DNA of 57,166 nucleotides. Origin: an uncultured virus (IMG/VR IMGVR_UViG_3300005977_000003). Taxonomy: Adnaviria > Zilligvirae > Taleaviricota > Tokiviricetes > Ligamenvirales. This document shows, piece by piece, positions 56,847-57,166 of this stretch (the stretch's first letter is position 1; every line of letters begins with the position of its first letter). Under the pieces are notes generated by a model. That model had not been told where the DNA came from, searched no databases, and saw only the letters and a list, made by a program, of their open reading frames with translations. The stretch lies in the IMG/VR virus record IMGVR_UViG_3300005977_000003; one strand, written 5' to 3'. Both the position numbers and the translations under genes were made by a program.

Positions 56847-57166
56847 ATGATTCATGGAATTAGACAGGCTTACGAACCAATAAAAACAAAGTACAAGTAC
56901 TACCTTCAGCTCATAAAACCCTTTACCGTCATCTCTGCGTTTGTTGCCGTGTTGTTGCTGTCATTTTACGCAAAACTACCCTTGTATGTAGGATTAACCT
57001 TATCTACTGCAATGGCTTTGGGGCAGGCATTTGGACAGGCTGTCAATCAGATTGAGGACATAGAGATAGACAGGATAAACAAACCGTATAGGCCACTACC
57101 AAGTGGTAAACTTACGGAGAAAGAGGCGTGGAGATTCTCTCTATCCCTCTTTGTTTTAAGCGAGGC
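56847..57166 (+). CDS. UbiA-family prenyltransferase (DGGGP synthase-like), 3'-truncated, not in ORF track
   Basis: Manual translation ...YLQLIKPFT...AVNQIEDIEIDRINKPYRPLPSG; open to the window end. Confidence 0.85.
   Translation, partial: MIHGIRQAYEPIKTKYKYYLQLIKPFTVISAFVAVLLLSFYAKLPLYVGLTLSTAMALGQAFGQAVNQIEDIEIDRINKPYRPLPSGKLTEKEAWRFSLSLFVLSE

Noticed and set aside
1..57166. tRNA/rRNA genes, att sites and the many short antisense ORFs nested in long genes
   Set aside because: No cloverleaf, rRNA or att repeat was recognised by eye; the nested reverse ORFs lack motifs and are shadows of real genes.

Overview
This 57 kb window looks like part of a large dsDNA virus or provirus of thermoacidophilic Crenarchaeota (probably Sulfolobales). 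The basis is leaderless TATA-box promoters, a Sulfolobus-type Hjc and the absence of cellular housekeeping genes. The left arm (1-28 kb) carries putative virion genes, three glycosyltransferases with a sugar epimerase, a full 7-deazaguanine DNA-modification set (GAT-QueC, QueD, QueE, FolE, DpdA/TGT), a near-complete replisome (SSB, ATPase, PCNA, fused primase, PolB, RFC), a subtilisin, a UbiA prenyltransferase and repeat-rich surface proteins. At about 28.1-29.2 kb an AT-rich, origin-like tract is followed by a roughly 600 nt GC-rich island full of stems, a candidate large ncRNA. From 29.4 to 44.7 kb there is a co-oriented run of small genes, almost all preceded by the motif TTTTTCGGGG, with expanded paralog families and an AcrID1-like ORF. 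The main finding sits inside that run: a non-coding dual-repeat array (42357-42952; 40-nt units of 11-nt repeat, 10-nt spacer, 9-nt repeat, 10-nt spacer) directly upstream of an IS110/Nop-domain protein with no obvious nuclease domain. This reads as a TIGR-Tas-like RNA-guided system with non-canonical geometry. The right arm has ABC-type ATPases, Hjc, a tyrosine recombinase and a second UbiA gene cut by the window edge. All family calls come from motif recognition by eye; no searches were run.
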